Below are positions 12,735 to 23,684 of a stretch of DNA of 48,403 nt, piece by piece. Numbering within the stretch: the first letter of the stretch is position 1; every line of letters begins with the position of its first letter. This stretch comes from Octopus bimaculoides. Its lineage: Eukaryota. The stretch spans positions 22,893,353 through 22,941,755 of the forward strand of contig NC_069001.1 in the NCBI RefSeq assembly GCF_001194135.2. Direction: 5' to 3'. The notes beneath the pieces were generated by a model, which did no database searches, was not told the origin of the DNA, and saw only the letters and a program-made list of their open reading frames with translations. Position numbers and translations under genes: made by a program.

Positions 12735-13554
12735 CCGATAGTACCCCTAGGAGGGGTTAGGACTAGATCAGATTAGTCTGCTTTTCAGAGGCTTCTGAGC
12801 CCTCTTTTGCTAGGTTAACTTAGGCTTAGGTTAAGGCTTAGCTGTGATCCGAACATAACCCCTTCTGACACAGAGGATCGGGAGCCCTTTTGGGCATTCT
12901 ATTTTCCTTACTGAAGGGCTCCCAACCCATGGGCCAAGTTGGGTTAGGTGACGGGGTGGTGGTTTCAAAAGGGCCAGCATGTGCAACCTTATCACCTCTG
13001 CCGGTCAAACTCCCAACCCATGCATTCCTGCTGTAACACTGATTCTGCAGAATTGGGCTGGGTGTGAAAACCAACTTTAAAGTATATATACAGATTTTTT
13101 GAATCAGCAATGCTGTGTTCTATTTGGGGGGAAGAATCAATAAACTGATTCTTTATGGGGTTTTCCATTCAATCTGGATCAAAAATCGATAAACAATTCC
13201 TTATTGGATTTCTCACTAAAATTGGCTACACCCCATTTTCAACCATAACTCTTAACAATTTTGATGTATTTTGTTCAAACTTGATGCCACCGTTACTTAG
13301 GGTTCGGGGATCTTTGAATGCTTTAAGTTTTCCAAAAATAAAAAACAATTGATGAGTGGAAAATCGAAAAATCGATTCCTTATGGAATTTCCCAATCAAA
13401 TTGTCTGGAACCCATTTTCAGCCAAACATTTACTAATTCCAACGGATTTTGCTTAAAGCTGACGTTGGTGTTACTTAGTTTGGTTTGAAACAAAGCACTT
13501 GATTAGCTTAATAATCCTAACTTAATCCCGTGCAATGCCGTGCTATGCTGCTAG
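12735..13554 (+). mobile_element. Probable non-autonomous Helitron (5' boundary approximate)
   Basis: 3' end CCCGTGCAATGCCGTGCTATGCTGCTAG-T (13527-13555) resembles the Helitron end at 241-270. Internal ~190-bp degenerate duplication (~13175 vs ~13365) and TTAGG-rich segment. Confidence 0.5.
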
Positions 13555-14837
13555 TATATCTATCTATCTATCTATCTATCTATATGTATATATATATAAA
13601 TATAATTAAGGGATCAGCAAATATTTGCTTCACCATATACCGAAGTTCAGAAATAGCAGCTAAAAAAGCTGAGAATCCCACAGATAGCATCATTTGTAAC
13701 TCACAATTTACTACTGGAATACAGTATTGATGAAGGAAATTGATTATTATCAATCATGATCCAGAAACGCGTCTACTGTTAAACATCGGAATTGGTTAGT
13801 TTTCATTGTTTTTTTCTTCTTGTTTTTGCCTTTGTGAGTTACAAGTGATGCTNNNNNNNNNNNNNNNNNNNNNNNNNNNNNNNNNNNNNNNNNNNNNNNN
13901 NNNNNNNNNNNNNNNNNNNNNNNNNNNNNNNNNNNNNNNNNNNNNNNNNNNNNNNNNNNNNNNNNNNNNNNNNNNNNNNNNNNNNNNNNNNNNNNNNNNN
14001 NNNNNNNNNNNNNNNNNNNNNNNNNNNNNNNNNNNNNNNNNNNNNNNNNNNNNNNNNNNNNNNNNNNNNNNNNNNNNNNNNNNNNNNNNNNNNNNNNNNN
14101 NNTATATATATATATATATATATTAATCATAATGTACAGTATTATATTCCCATTATGGTCAATCTTACCAATCGGTTTCATATCAGAGGTTCAACAGTGT
14201 GTTAGGTAACAATCTGATTATGTAACCATAGGCTCTTGAGAGGTAGCCATTATGGAATGAAATATGGCAAACTATATACATATACTCACACACACATATG
14301 TATACATTTATATGTATATGTGTGTGTATGTGTATTTTTCATACATTAAATATGTTTATAGCAACGCATTTGCTTTTCCTATTGCTACCCATACAATGAA
14401 TTCATGTTTGCACTCTTTTAAGGAATATGGTAAAACAACATATCATTCAGACAGGGTTAAACTGTTAAAAATGTTGTTCATAGTTTAACACATTAATGTG
14501 AGACTCATTGCATAATTTAACAATGAAATGGTCATTATGAACATTGATTTAAAATTTAGTTTGCAATGCCGTTTAGATGGAGGATGAAATTTTTTCCTTC
14601 TCTCAATTCCGTTGCATAATTCTTAAAATTTCACCCTTTTAATATCAACTTGTATTCGTTTTGAATATTCATTCTTAAATTAAAACTTTTCAAAATGTTA
14701 TGTAAATATCTTTGTTAGTTATATTCATATATCAATAAATGACAAAAAAAAAAGTTGTTTTACAATATTGTTCCAAATATTTTCAAGATTAATTAAAATA
14801 TAAACAGACTGTTTGATTGGAAGTATCTTTAATCTCA

Positions 14838-15180
14838 ACTTGTTTCAGACATTCAATTGTGGCCATGCTGGAGTTTAGCTAAATAAATCAACTCCAGTAC
14901 TAATTTTATTACTTTCTTGTTGAGATACTAAGTTACAGGGACATAAATGAACCAACACCGGTTGTCGAGTGGTGGTGGTGGTGGTGATGGACAAATACAA
15001 ACAACAAGATACACACACGAGTGGGTTTCCACACAGTTTTCATCTACAAAATTCACTCACAAGTCAATGGTTAGCCTTTGGGGTTCTAGTAGAAAACACT
15101 TGCCCAATTTGCTGTGCAGTGGGATTGAACCTGAAACTATACATTGCAAAGGAATCTTCTTAACTACAAATCCATGCTTG
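14838..15180 (-). mobile_element. SINE family A, diverged copy
   Basis: Collinear with 3927-4309 (ttgtttcag..ggccatgctggag, aaattcactcacaag, agtagaaaacacttgccc, gggattgaac). Confidence 0.7.
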
Positions 15181-15565
15181 TTACAGAACTGTTAAAATTT
15201 TCCTTTGGTTTGTATCCTCTCTTGGGTAAAATTTGTTAATAACTTGTTACAATTTTTCACAAAGCATTTATCATCCTTTTCTATTATTTGTTTGTGTGTA
15301 ATTATGTTATCTTCCTTTAGAAACAACAAGTCATATTCAAAATACATGTACAGCTGTTTTTTCCAATAGATGTAAGCATAAATTATTACTTAATACTTAT
15401 TTATTTAACATATAATGGTGAACTAACAAGAGAGGTTTTATGTAGTGGCTCTGTCTGCAAGAAATAGCACCAAATCGAGGAAGAGAAAGATGCAGTTAGA
15501 AGAGGGGTTGTAGTTCAATTTCTTAGGGTAATGAGAGTGGGACACAACTCTTCTACCACTCAATT

Positions 15566-15802
15566 TCATGGACAGGTCTTTTCTAGAACCTCATATCTCC
15601 AAACATTTTGGTCCACTGTCATTTCCTCCATGAACCCCACCATCCTACGATCATTCCTCACCACTTCATCCTATGTCTTCTTAGATCTCCCTCTTCTACA
15701 GGTACCATTCACTTTCAGTGACAGACACCTCTGTATACAGCTGCCTTCACTCATATGCATCACTTGTCCAAACCAACGCATTCTTCTCTCCTGCACACCA
15801 CA
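15566..15802 (-). mobile_element. RTE-type LINE ORF C-terminal fragment
   Basis: Reads CGVQERRMRWFGQVMHM..GTCRRGRSKKT*DEVVRND..WRYEVLEKTCP*, matching the RTE RWFGHV..RGRPKKTW C-terminus. Confidence 0.75.
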
Positions 15803-16317
15803 TTAAACTAGGCAGCTGTTTAGCAATGAATCAGCAGGGTCAACTCAACTCACCAGTTTCTGGACAAGATTTGCCAGCAGTATATATGTCTACTCCATTG
15901 AAATCTATGGATGATTTAGTTAATTGCTAATGTGTATACAAATAATTAAATTAGGCAGCTGTTTAGCAATGTATCACCAAAAAGGAAAACTATAATTGTC
16001 ATTAAATATGACAAAGGGTGTTATAACACCTACAATGCTAGAAATAAGAGCTAAAGTGTTCTGATGCTGCAGTCAAGGCACATAATTGTGTACATACATA
16101 CTGGCAGCAACCGTAAATGGCTGAAAGTGGTAGTCGTGATATCCCTGTAGAGTCAACGGTTTTGGCTTTAAGACCGAAGCACTCATCAACAGGGTCAACT
16201 CAACTCACCAGTTTCTGGACAAGATTGCTAGCAGTATATATATATATCTACTCCATAGAAATCTATGGATGATTTAGTGAGTTGCTAATGTGTTTACATA
16301 CAATTGAATCAGGCAGC
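15803..16317. repeat. Dispersed direct repeat, ~125-bp unit at 15835-15959 and 16190-16317 (period 355 bp)
   Basis: cagggtcaactcaactcaccagtttctggacaagatt..ctactccat..aaatctatggatgatttag occurs twice. A 26-bp taggcagctgtttagcaatg block occurs at 15803 and 15946. Confidence 0.9.
16143..16194 (-). ncRNA. Degenerate type I hammerhead-ribozyme-like motif (candidate)
   Basis: Minus strand: CCCTG-TTGATGA-GTGCTT cggtctt AAAGCC-AAAAC-cgttgactc-TA-CAGGG. Stem I is perfect. Core has C3>U and G12>A, and stem III is poor. Confidence 0.4.
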
Positions 16318-16467
16318 ATTCTTTGATTACATCATAGCAAAACCCCCCACACAAACATGACTTGTTTCACCATGGTATTTGGTGAATGGGTCATCATCTT
16401 ACTTGTAAATGTGTTTAAAATTGACATGATGATGGTAGGTTTTTGCTATGATGTAATCAAAGAATGC
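16316..16467. mobile_element. 152-bp MITE-like element with perfect 27-bp terminal inverted repeats
   Basis: gcattctttgattacatcatagcaaaa (16316-16342) is the exact reverse complement of 16441-16467. Confidence 0.75.
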
Positions 16468-16632
16468 ATCAATATAATGAAACAGCTGTCGTGAATTTTG
16501 AACCCCACTTGGGTTCTTCTTTTATACAAATGCCACACTTGGAACCAATCCTGGGTTGGATCTACAATTTCACTTGGATTTGCTACCTATGTATATATGT
16601 ATATGACTATGTGTATATATATATATATAATT

Positions 16633-16790
16633 GTTGGTTTGATGGTCTAATGGTTAAAGGTGTTAGTAATTTAACTAACAACCTTGTATGAAGGTTGAGG
16701 TTTCAATCCCTATCTAGAAATATATTTTTAAATGGCGGTGCCCCAGCATGGCCACAGCTCATGAGCTGAAACTAGATAAAATAAAAATAA
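16633..16790 (+). mobile_element. Short SINE-like element: tRNA-like head joined to a family-A-type tail
   Basis: TGGTCTAATGG A box and GAGGTTTCAATCCC B-box-like motif, then gccccagcatggccacagc..ctgaaactagataaaataaaa tail. Confidence 0.45.
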
Positions 16791-17084
16791 AATATAGACA
16801 GATGTGTGTATATATACATACTTACAGAATACTACTAATGAGTTACTAATGAGTTGCTTTAACTTATTGTGAGCCATTCCTGATATGTTGATGTACCTAG
16901 ACTCTAATGAATCNNNNNNNNNNNNNNNNNNNNNNNNNNNNNNNNNNNNNNNNNNNNNNNNNNNNNNNNNNNNNNNNNNNNNNNNNNNNNNNNNNNNNNN
17001 NNNNNNNNNNNNNNNNNNNNNNNNNNNNNNNNNNNNNNNNNNNNNNNNNNNNNNNNNNNATATATATATATATATATATATATA

Positions 17085-17112
17085 CTAGCAGGCCCAGCCT
17101 TCAGCCCAGTCT
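17085..17112 (-). mobile_element. Possible Helitron 3' terminus on the minus strand
   Basis: Minus strand CTGGGCTGAAGGCTGGGCCTGCTAG-T: GC-rich degenerate hairpin plus CTAG next to (TA)n. Confidence 0.4.
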
Positions 17113-17789
17113 GTATGGGGTTTAAGTGTATTCATAAGACACATAGTGGCATGTATCATAATGTCCATTTCCTCAGCATAGCCACAATCCAATGAGTGAA
17201 ACCAGTGAAAGATAAAGATAGTAACTCAACCTATTGGAAGAAAACATTGGGTGATATTCTAAATAATAAAAAAAAGGTATAGGCTTTTCATGACTGGAAC
17301 ATTCTTGATCAGAGGCCTTCTCAATCAAAGCAGGGTTTAATCAATAATAACAACACCTAGCAATAATTTCTCTCAGGAAACGGATGTAAAGTAATGCTTC
17401 TTCAATCTAAATTTGAAAAGACACTTATGGTGCCAAACCTTTCAACAACTTCTGTCAACAATGACTCATCATTATGCTATAGATAAAAATATTTAAAGGA
17501 AATGTTTAGAGAAATATAGACGGAGAAATCACTTAAATATTCCTCGAGAAATATATAAGTGATTGCCTCTTGCTATCTCACATAAATACAGTAAATCAGA
17601 AGTAGATTTAACATTTAAATGATATATAATCTTTTTTTAAATTTTGATATAATCTTTTATTGCGAACATTCCTTTATATAAATATGTGTGTGTATATATG
17701 TGTGTAAATCATTTTATACATTTTAGAAACACATCATTATCAAAAATGAGAGACTGCTTATTAACTTAAAAATAGCAGGATATAACAGT

Positions 17790-18210
17790 AATCCTGGTCA
17801 TTTGTCTTGGTTTACTATCAGACTGGTCCAAGTGGCTTATAATATGAATGACAGGCAGTAGACTTGCTAGCCAACAAACCCTGTGTCAAGTCCTCCACAC
17901 TTCACTTAACAAAATGAAGGGTCCTGTCAGAGGGCCCTGGTCGATCTGGGCAAGGTAATGTGAACTCCTTGTCCTTCTTGGTGAATTGTACAATCACTTT
18001 ATTAACTGTAGACAGTGGGATCCCAAGTTTTTCTGTGATTTTACTCTGACTAGATTCACAATATAGCCTCTTTGGAATTTAAACAGTTCCAAGCCTGCTT
18101 TTGTGTGTGGTATGATTAAACAGTCTCATATTGAACCTAAAACATAAAAATATAAACCTTTGCAAGTTAAAACAAAAGCATAAAAAATTTTTTATGGGGT
18201 CGCTAATTTA
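17790..18210 (-). mobile_element. Tc1-like transposase N-terminal (HTH) remnant
   Basis: Minus strand FQRGYIVN / [53 protein letters not shown] resembles the Tc1 paired-like domain and its GRP linker. Confidence 0.6.
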
Positions 18211-18278
18211 CTTCTGTCATATCTATGTGTGTGCGTGTGTGTGTGTGTGTGTGTGCGTGCATGTATGTATACATACAT

Positions 18279-18660
18279 GGAGGCGCATTGGCCCAGTGGT
18301 TAGGGCAGCAGACTTGCGGTCGTAGGATTACGGTTTCGATTCCCAGACCAGGCATTGTGAGTGTTTATTGAGCAAAAACATCTAAAGTTCCACGAGGCTC
18401 CGGCAGGGGGGGGGGCGGTGAACCCTGCTAGACTCTTTCACCACAACTTTCTCTCACTCTTTCTTCCTGTTTCTGTCGTATCTGTATTTCAAAGGGCCAG
18501 CCATGTCACACTTTGTGTCATGCTGAATCTCCCCAAGAACTATGTTAAGCGTACATGTTTCTGTGGAGTGCTCAGCCACATGCACGTTAATTTCATGAGC
18601 AGGCTGTTCCATTGATCGGATGAACTGGAATCATCGTCGTTGTAACCGATGGAGTGCCAC
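18279..18660 (+). mobile_element. tRNA-derived SINE, family E
   Basis: GGAGGCGCATTGGCCCAGTGGTTAGGGC A box and GGTTTCGATTCCC B box, followed by ~300 bp of non-tRNA body. No complete cloverleaf or acceptor stem. Confidence 0.7.
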
Positions 18661-18679
18661 GATACACACACATACATTA

Positions 18680-18778
18680 TTCTTAAACAAGAATTTTGTT
18701 GACTGTGACTTCGAAGTCCAAAGATGCTTAGCTAGCTGAAACTTCGAAGTCACTGTCAACAATATTCTTGTTTAAGAA
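18680..18778. repeat. Foldback element: 38-bp inverted repeats (2 mismatches), 23-bp spacer
   Basis: 18680-18717 vs reverse complement of 18741-18778. Confidence 0.9.
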
Positions 18779-19846
18779 CAATAAATTTGTACCCTACAAA
18801 AGTATAGAGTAACCCATTAGATTAATGTAAAATTGTTTTTATTTTAACTGAACATAAAATATTTATATGTAAAAGTAAAAATGCTGAGAAAAGGTTGAAA
18901 ATGCATTAAACTTTTATATACATCACTTTTTCCATTTTATTAGAACAAGTAAACAAGGGATAAATAGTTTTATTTTGTGTATTTATGTGTATGAAAATAA
19001 AAATATATTTTCACAAAACAGATATTTTCATATTATAGTTTTTCTGAAAATATATTTGTGTAAATATTCATAAGATACATATTCATAAGATAACACAAAT
19101 AAAAAAGGAGAGATGATTAAAAAAACGGGATCACATTTTACTTCATATCTTTTGTGTAGAAAAAGGTTTCTGTGTATACATTTTTGTATGTGTTGTGACC
19201 AAAAGAGGCTTCCTAGTAGAAGAAAATTTATCTTCAAGTGTTCAAGATCTGGTTTGCACCAATGTTCAGCTTATCAAAGTTTTGGGTGATCTTTTTCTGT
19301 TATATCTAGAAATATGTGGTAGCAGTTACAACAATAGCAATTTATGATAAAATCTACCACAACAAGAATTTATGACATAAAAACAACCATTGCTTTCTGT
19401 CAAATAAATGAATAAACAGGCATGTCACTTATGACATTTCCAAAACATGGAATGTAAACTTGGCATGTGTTTTATCAGGCTTGTGTGACCTAAAGTAGCA
19501 CATTTCTGTTTTTATAAGAGAAGGGGTTTCTGTTCCAAGAAAACGTCTCCTCAGCTTTTTCAGTGAAGTTATTGCAACTGTTGTACTGCTGTTGTTCTTG
19601 TTATTACTAGTCCAAATTCAGGAGGAGCGGTCATGACCATTTTCACGACTAGATGAAAGACATGAGGAAGTTATTCTCAGACCAAAAATTTTCACACCTC
19701 AGTAGAGCTGATATGATACAGATTAATAACATATGATAAAGATTATGGATGTAATGACAAATGACCGAGACCGGGGCATTTTGTTGTGCTTGAGAAGAAG
19801 TCCGATCAAGCCAAGTAAAATAAGTCATGGCAGATACATGCAAATG

Positions 19847-20038
19847 GCACCTGTGCCGGTGGTACGTACAAGCAGCCATTACATTCTCAGAGTGGTTGGC
19901 ATTAGGAAGGGCATCCAGGCATAGAAAAGCTTGCCAAATCTAACTGGAGTCTGGTGCAGCCTTACAGCTTGCCAGCCCTGGTCAAACCATCCAACCCATA
20001 CCAGCATGGACAACGGACGTTAAATGATGATGATGATA
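19847..20038 (+). mobile_element. RTE-type LINE 3' UTR copy (diverged)
   Basis: gagtggttggcattaggaagggcatccag..ggacgttaaatgatgatgat. Confidence 0.7.
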
Positions 20039-20685
20039 GATTAATAACATATTGATCAGGGGAATCTATTTTCTTAGCCTCAGTATATGACTGGTACATT
20101 TATCATCCGACCAGATAAGGATGGAACTCAAAGCTTTACTCTAGTCAGAATTAAACCCAAGACTAGAATATGAAATTATATTAAATATAGCATGGAGTAT
20201 AGTAAATATACACAGTACCAATGTACCCATACAACTAACCAGTTTCCTGCACCATCTCAATAACTTCCACACAATCAAATAACGGAAACTTGCATTACTC
20301 CATGAATGGTGTTTAATAGCTCTAAGCTAAGATATGGAAGTGATGCATTTCCTAGTAATTATGGAACCGGATGCTGTAAAAATGCATTGCAGAAATATGA
20401 AAGCATTTGGAAAGAAAATGTCACAGCATAAAATATTCATTAAGTTTTCCCATTTGTTGATTTTTTATTTTTTTCAATAACACTGACAGATTTTAATAAG
20501 GATTCTGTGCATATTGAATATGCGAGCACTGTCACCAAATGAAACATAGATACATTCATGCATACATACATATGGAGCCTTATCTTGGATTAAATTATGA
20601 GTATTCAGTTGGCTGATCAATTAAACTGCCTACTTATTGAATTAGCATGTAAATATCCATACCTGCGAATATAATGGAGGTATGT

Positions 20686-20920
20686 AAGGTGGTGAGCTGA
20701 AAGAACTGTTATCTTACCGGGCAATATGCCTTACAGCATTTCATCTGTCTTCATGTTCTGAGTTCAAATTCTTTATGTTCTAAGTTCAAATTCTGCCATG
20801 GTTGACTTTGCCATTCATCCTTTCAGGCTCGATGAATCAAGTACTAGTTGAGCACTGGGGTCAATGTAATCAATTTAATCCCTCCCCTGAAATTGTTGGC
20901 CTTGTGCCAAAAGTTGAAAC
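20686..20920 (+). mobile_element. SINE family D with internal ~22-bp duplication of the B-box region
   Basis: aaggtggtgagctg head, atgttctgagttcaaattct repeated, ccttgtgccaaaagttgaaac tail. Confidence 0.75.
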
Positions 20921-21318
20921 TAGTATAGAGGCATGTAAATGTAATTCTCAGACAGAATCACTGACACAATGTGACAATTATGGCTCTTTAAATTACTGGT
21001 ATAAACCAACCATCAGAATGCCACACAGTTTCCACTATTTGCTTTTCTTGGCAATGCTTGGGTCAGTCTGAAGCAATGGTAAAAAGCATTTACCCAGCAT
21101 GCCATGCACTGGGGTCAAACCAAGGAACATGGAATTGTAATGTGAACTTCTCAACCATATTCATATGTGATCATCCTCATCATCATTTAATTTTCATCTT
21201 CTCTTTTGTGGGAGTGGACAATTTCACAGAATCCAATGGGTCCAAGGACTGCATAATGCTCCAGCGTCACAACATAAAAAGATGGCCAAAATGCTTAGCA
21301 GCATTTTGTCATAACATT

Positions 21319-21511
21319 GGTTTCAAATTTTGGCACAAGGCCAGTCATTTTGGAGGAGGATGAAAGTCAATTACATTGACACTAGTACCCAACTGGTACT
21401 TATTTTATCAGCCCTGTAAGGATGTAAGGCAAAGCAGATCATAGCAGAATGTGTAGAATGCCTATAAGCATTTTGCCTGGCATGCCAACGATTCTGCTAG
21501 CTTACCACCTT
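21319..21511 (-). mobile_element. SINE family D
   Basis: tttcaaattttggcacaaggcc ... gcttaccacctt. Confidence 0.7.
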
Positions 21512-21952
21512 AGTGTCTGTCATAATATCAACATCAACTTGCCATGATGATATTCCTCCTAAACAAATATCAGTCAGCTCAGAAATTCATTTGAGGCCAT
21601 GAAGAAAAAAGATTCCTGACTTGAAAATAGATTGACATTAAGAAGGACATCCAGCCATAGAATACTGTTACCAGGTGTTGTCTTCAATCTATTCTAGCAT
21701 GGAAAAAATGTTAAGGTTATCTCTATAAATATTCTATAGAAATTATGGCCTGCACAAGACATCAACAAACACTGAGATCAAAGCTGGAAAATGGGTAATG
21801 GGCATATATGCCATATTTCAGGGGTATTTGCTAACCCATTAATCATCCTCAAACACATTGTTTAAATACTCACTATATATAGCGGTATATAGCTATTGGA
21901 TATACCAATTTTATATATTAAACGCATTCCTGGAAGCTGGTATGTAAATATT

Positions 21953-22160
21953 CCTTTCTACTCTAGGCACACGGCCTGAAATTTTGTGGGAGTGGGCCAG
22001 TCAATTAGATTGACGCCAGTGTGCAACTGGTACTTAATTTATCAACCCCGAAAGGATGAAAGGCAAAGTTGACCTCGGCGTAATTTGAACTCAGAATATA
22101 AAGACAGATGAAATACCACTAAGCATTTTGCCCGGCTTGCTAACATTACTGCCGGCTCAC
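21953..22160 (-). mobile_element. SINE family D with 15-bp target-site duplication
   Basis: TGGTATGTAAATATT at 21938-21952 and 22161-22175 flanks a well-preserved copy. Confidence 0.85.
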
Positions 22161-22189
22161 TGGTATGTAAATATTAAAGACTTATAGAT

Positions 22190-22270
22190 ACGTGGTATTT
22201 CATTATGCAAATATAATATACTATAAAGCATATTAAATACTTTTATAAGTTGCATAATGAAATACCACGT
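22190..22270. repeat. Foldback element: perfect 21-bp inverted repeat, 39-bp spacer
   Basis: acgtggtatttcattatgcaa (22190-22210) vs ttgcataatgaaataccacgt (22250-22270). Degenerate pairing extends about 20 bp outward. Confidence 0.9.
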
Positions 22271-22514
22271 GCCTACAAATCATTAATGTTGATGAAGATA
22301 ATTACAGATAATGAAGAACATGTCCTATTTATATATTTATATATGCATTTATAAATCCTATCCAGAGACAAAATCATTTTATTGCAAATATTTGCAGCAT
22401 TTTCTAACCACTAATTATTACTTTTTATTCTTTTTTTTTTTACATTCATAATTTCCCCTTTTAGATGTTTTCACAGAGATTTGGCTTTTTTTCTTTTTTT
22501 TTGTTAAATATATA

Positions 22515-22760
22515 TCATCATCATCATCACTGTTTAATATCCACTCTCCATGCTGGCATGGTTTGGATAGTTTGAAATGGAGCTGGTCAGCAGGGAGCTG
22601 TCGAGTCTCCAATTGTCTGTTGTGGCAAAGTTTCCACAGCTAGTTGCCCTTCCTAATGCTAACTACATAACAGAGTGTGCTGGGTACTCTTTACCTGCCA
22701 CTAGCATGGGTGCATTTATGCAGCACTGGCATGGGTGTGTTGATGCAGCACCAGCACAGG
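22515..22760 (-). mobile_element. RTE-type LINE 3' UTR copy (diverged)
   Basis: (ATC)n tail, ctctccatgctggcatggg and gcccttcctaatgc motifs. Confidence 0.65.
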
Positions 22761-23017
22761 TGGCAAAAGAGACAGATAGAATAAGTATTTACAAATATTT
22801 ACCTTCAAATACCACTTTCTCTTAAAATACCTCATACTACCTGTAGCTACTTTGAGGACAAAAGTGAAAATTGTCAGAATAAGATAGTGGCAGCTTGATC
22901 CAAGCTTAGGTTTTTTTTTTTAATTCTTCTCTTCATATGAAACTTAAGTACTTTGTCACAAATAAGAAACTGTATACAATATATATATATATATATATAT
23001 ACATACATATACATACC

Positions 23018-23069
<52 letters not shown>

Positions 23070-23344
23070 NNNNNNNNNNNNNNNNNNNNNNNNNNNNNNN
23101 NNNNNNNNNNNNNNNNNNNNNNNNNNNNNNNNNNNNNNNNNNNNNNNNNNNNNNNNNNNTATATGTATGTATGTATGTATATATATGTATATATATGTAT
23201 GTATGTATGTATATGTATATATATGTATGTATGTATATATATGTATGTAACATGAGCTCCTGCATGGCTGCAGTCAAATGACTGAAACATCATATATATA
23301 TATATATGATGAGGATTACTTCATCTTGACAGATGAAAGTTGTC

Positions 23345-23684
23345 CCATCAACACACACACCACACTCCATGATTCACGTATCCTGCTTTTGACAACAGAA
23401 CACAATCACATATGATACATATCCAATGTTCACTGTTGATTACAGTTCCAATTGTTCCTTTGCAACAGGCCTTTTTAAACTCAGGATGCTGAACCATCTT
23501 TTCCTCCCAGGCATTGCAATTAGTCCTAACAGCACCTCTCCAATTGTTCCAATCTAGAACATCAATTTCCCAATCACTTTTGTTCATATCTAGTTTCTTC
23601 AGGTTTCCTTTCACACAGTCTTTTTACCTTTTCCTCAGCTTCTCACTTACCAGAGTTGAGCTCACCATAGAGAAGAAGCAGTGG
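23345..23684 (-). mobile_element. RTE-type LINE, C-terminal region
   Basis: Minus strand PLLLLYGELNSGK / KGNLKKLDMNKSDWEIDVLDWNNWRGAV..WICIICDCVLLSKAGYVNH, an RTE C-terminus with CxxC..H. Confidence 0.8.

Noticed and set aside
862-14181. Long 250-300 aa ORFs in the supplied track
   Set aside because: They run through N gaps (poly-X) and microsatellites and are not real coding sequence.
16143-16194. SECIS element reading (AUGA..AAA..UGA) of the minus-strand hairpin
   Set aside because: Helix II above the putative GA/AG quartet does not pair, and no selenoprotein CDS is nearby.
18279-18350. Possible tRNA gene
   Set aside because: A and B boxes are present, but there is no closing acceptor stem and it continues into a SINE-like body.
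19560-19715. Hydrophobic reading frame EVIATVVLLLFLLLLVQIQEERS* after a ttttcag acceptor-like site
   Set aside because: There is an in-frame TGA, no recognisable family, and the composition is explained by TTG/TTA low complexity.
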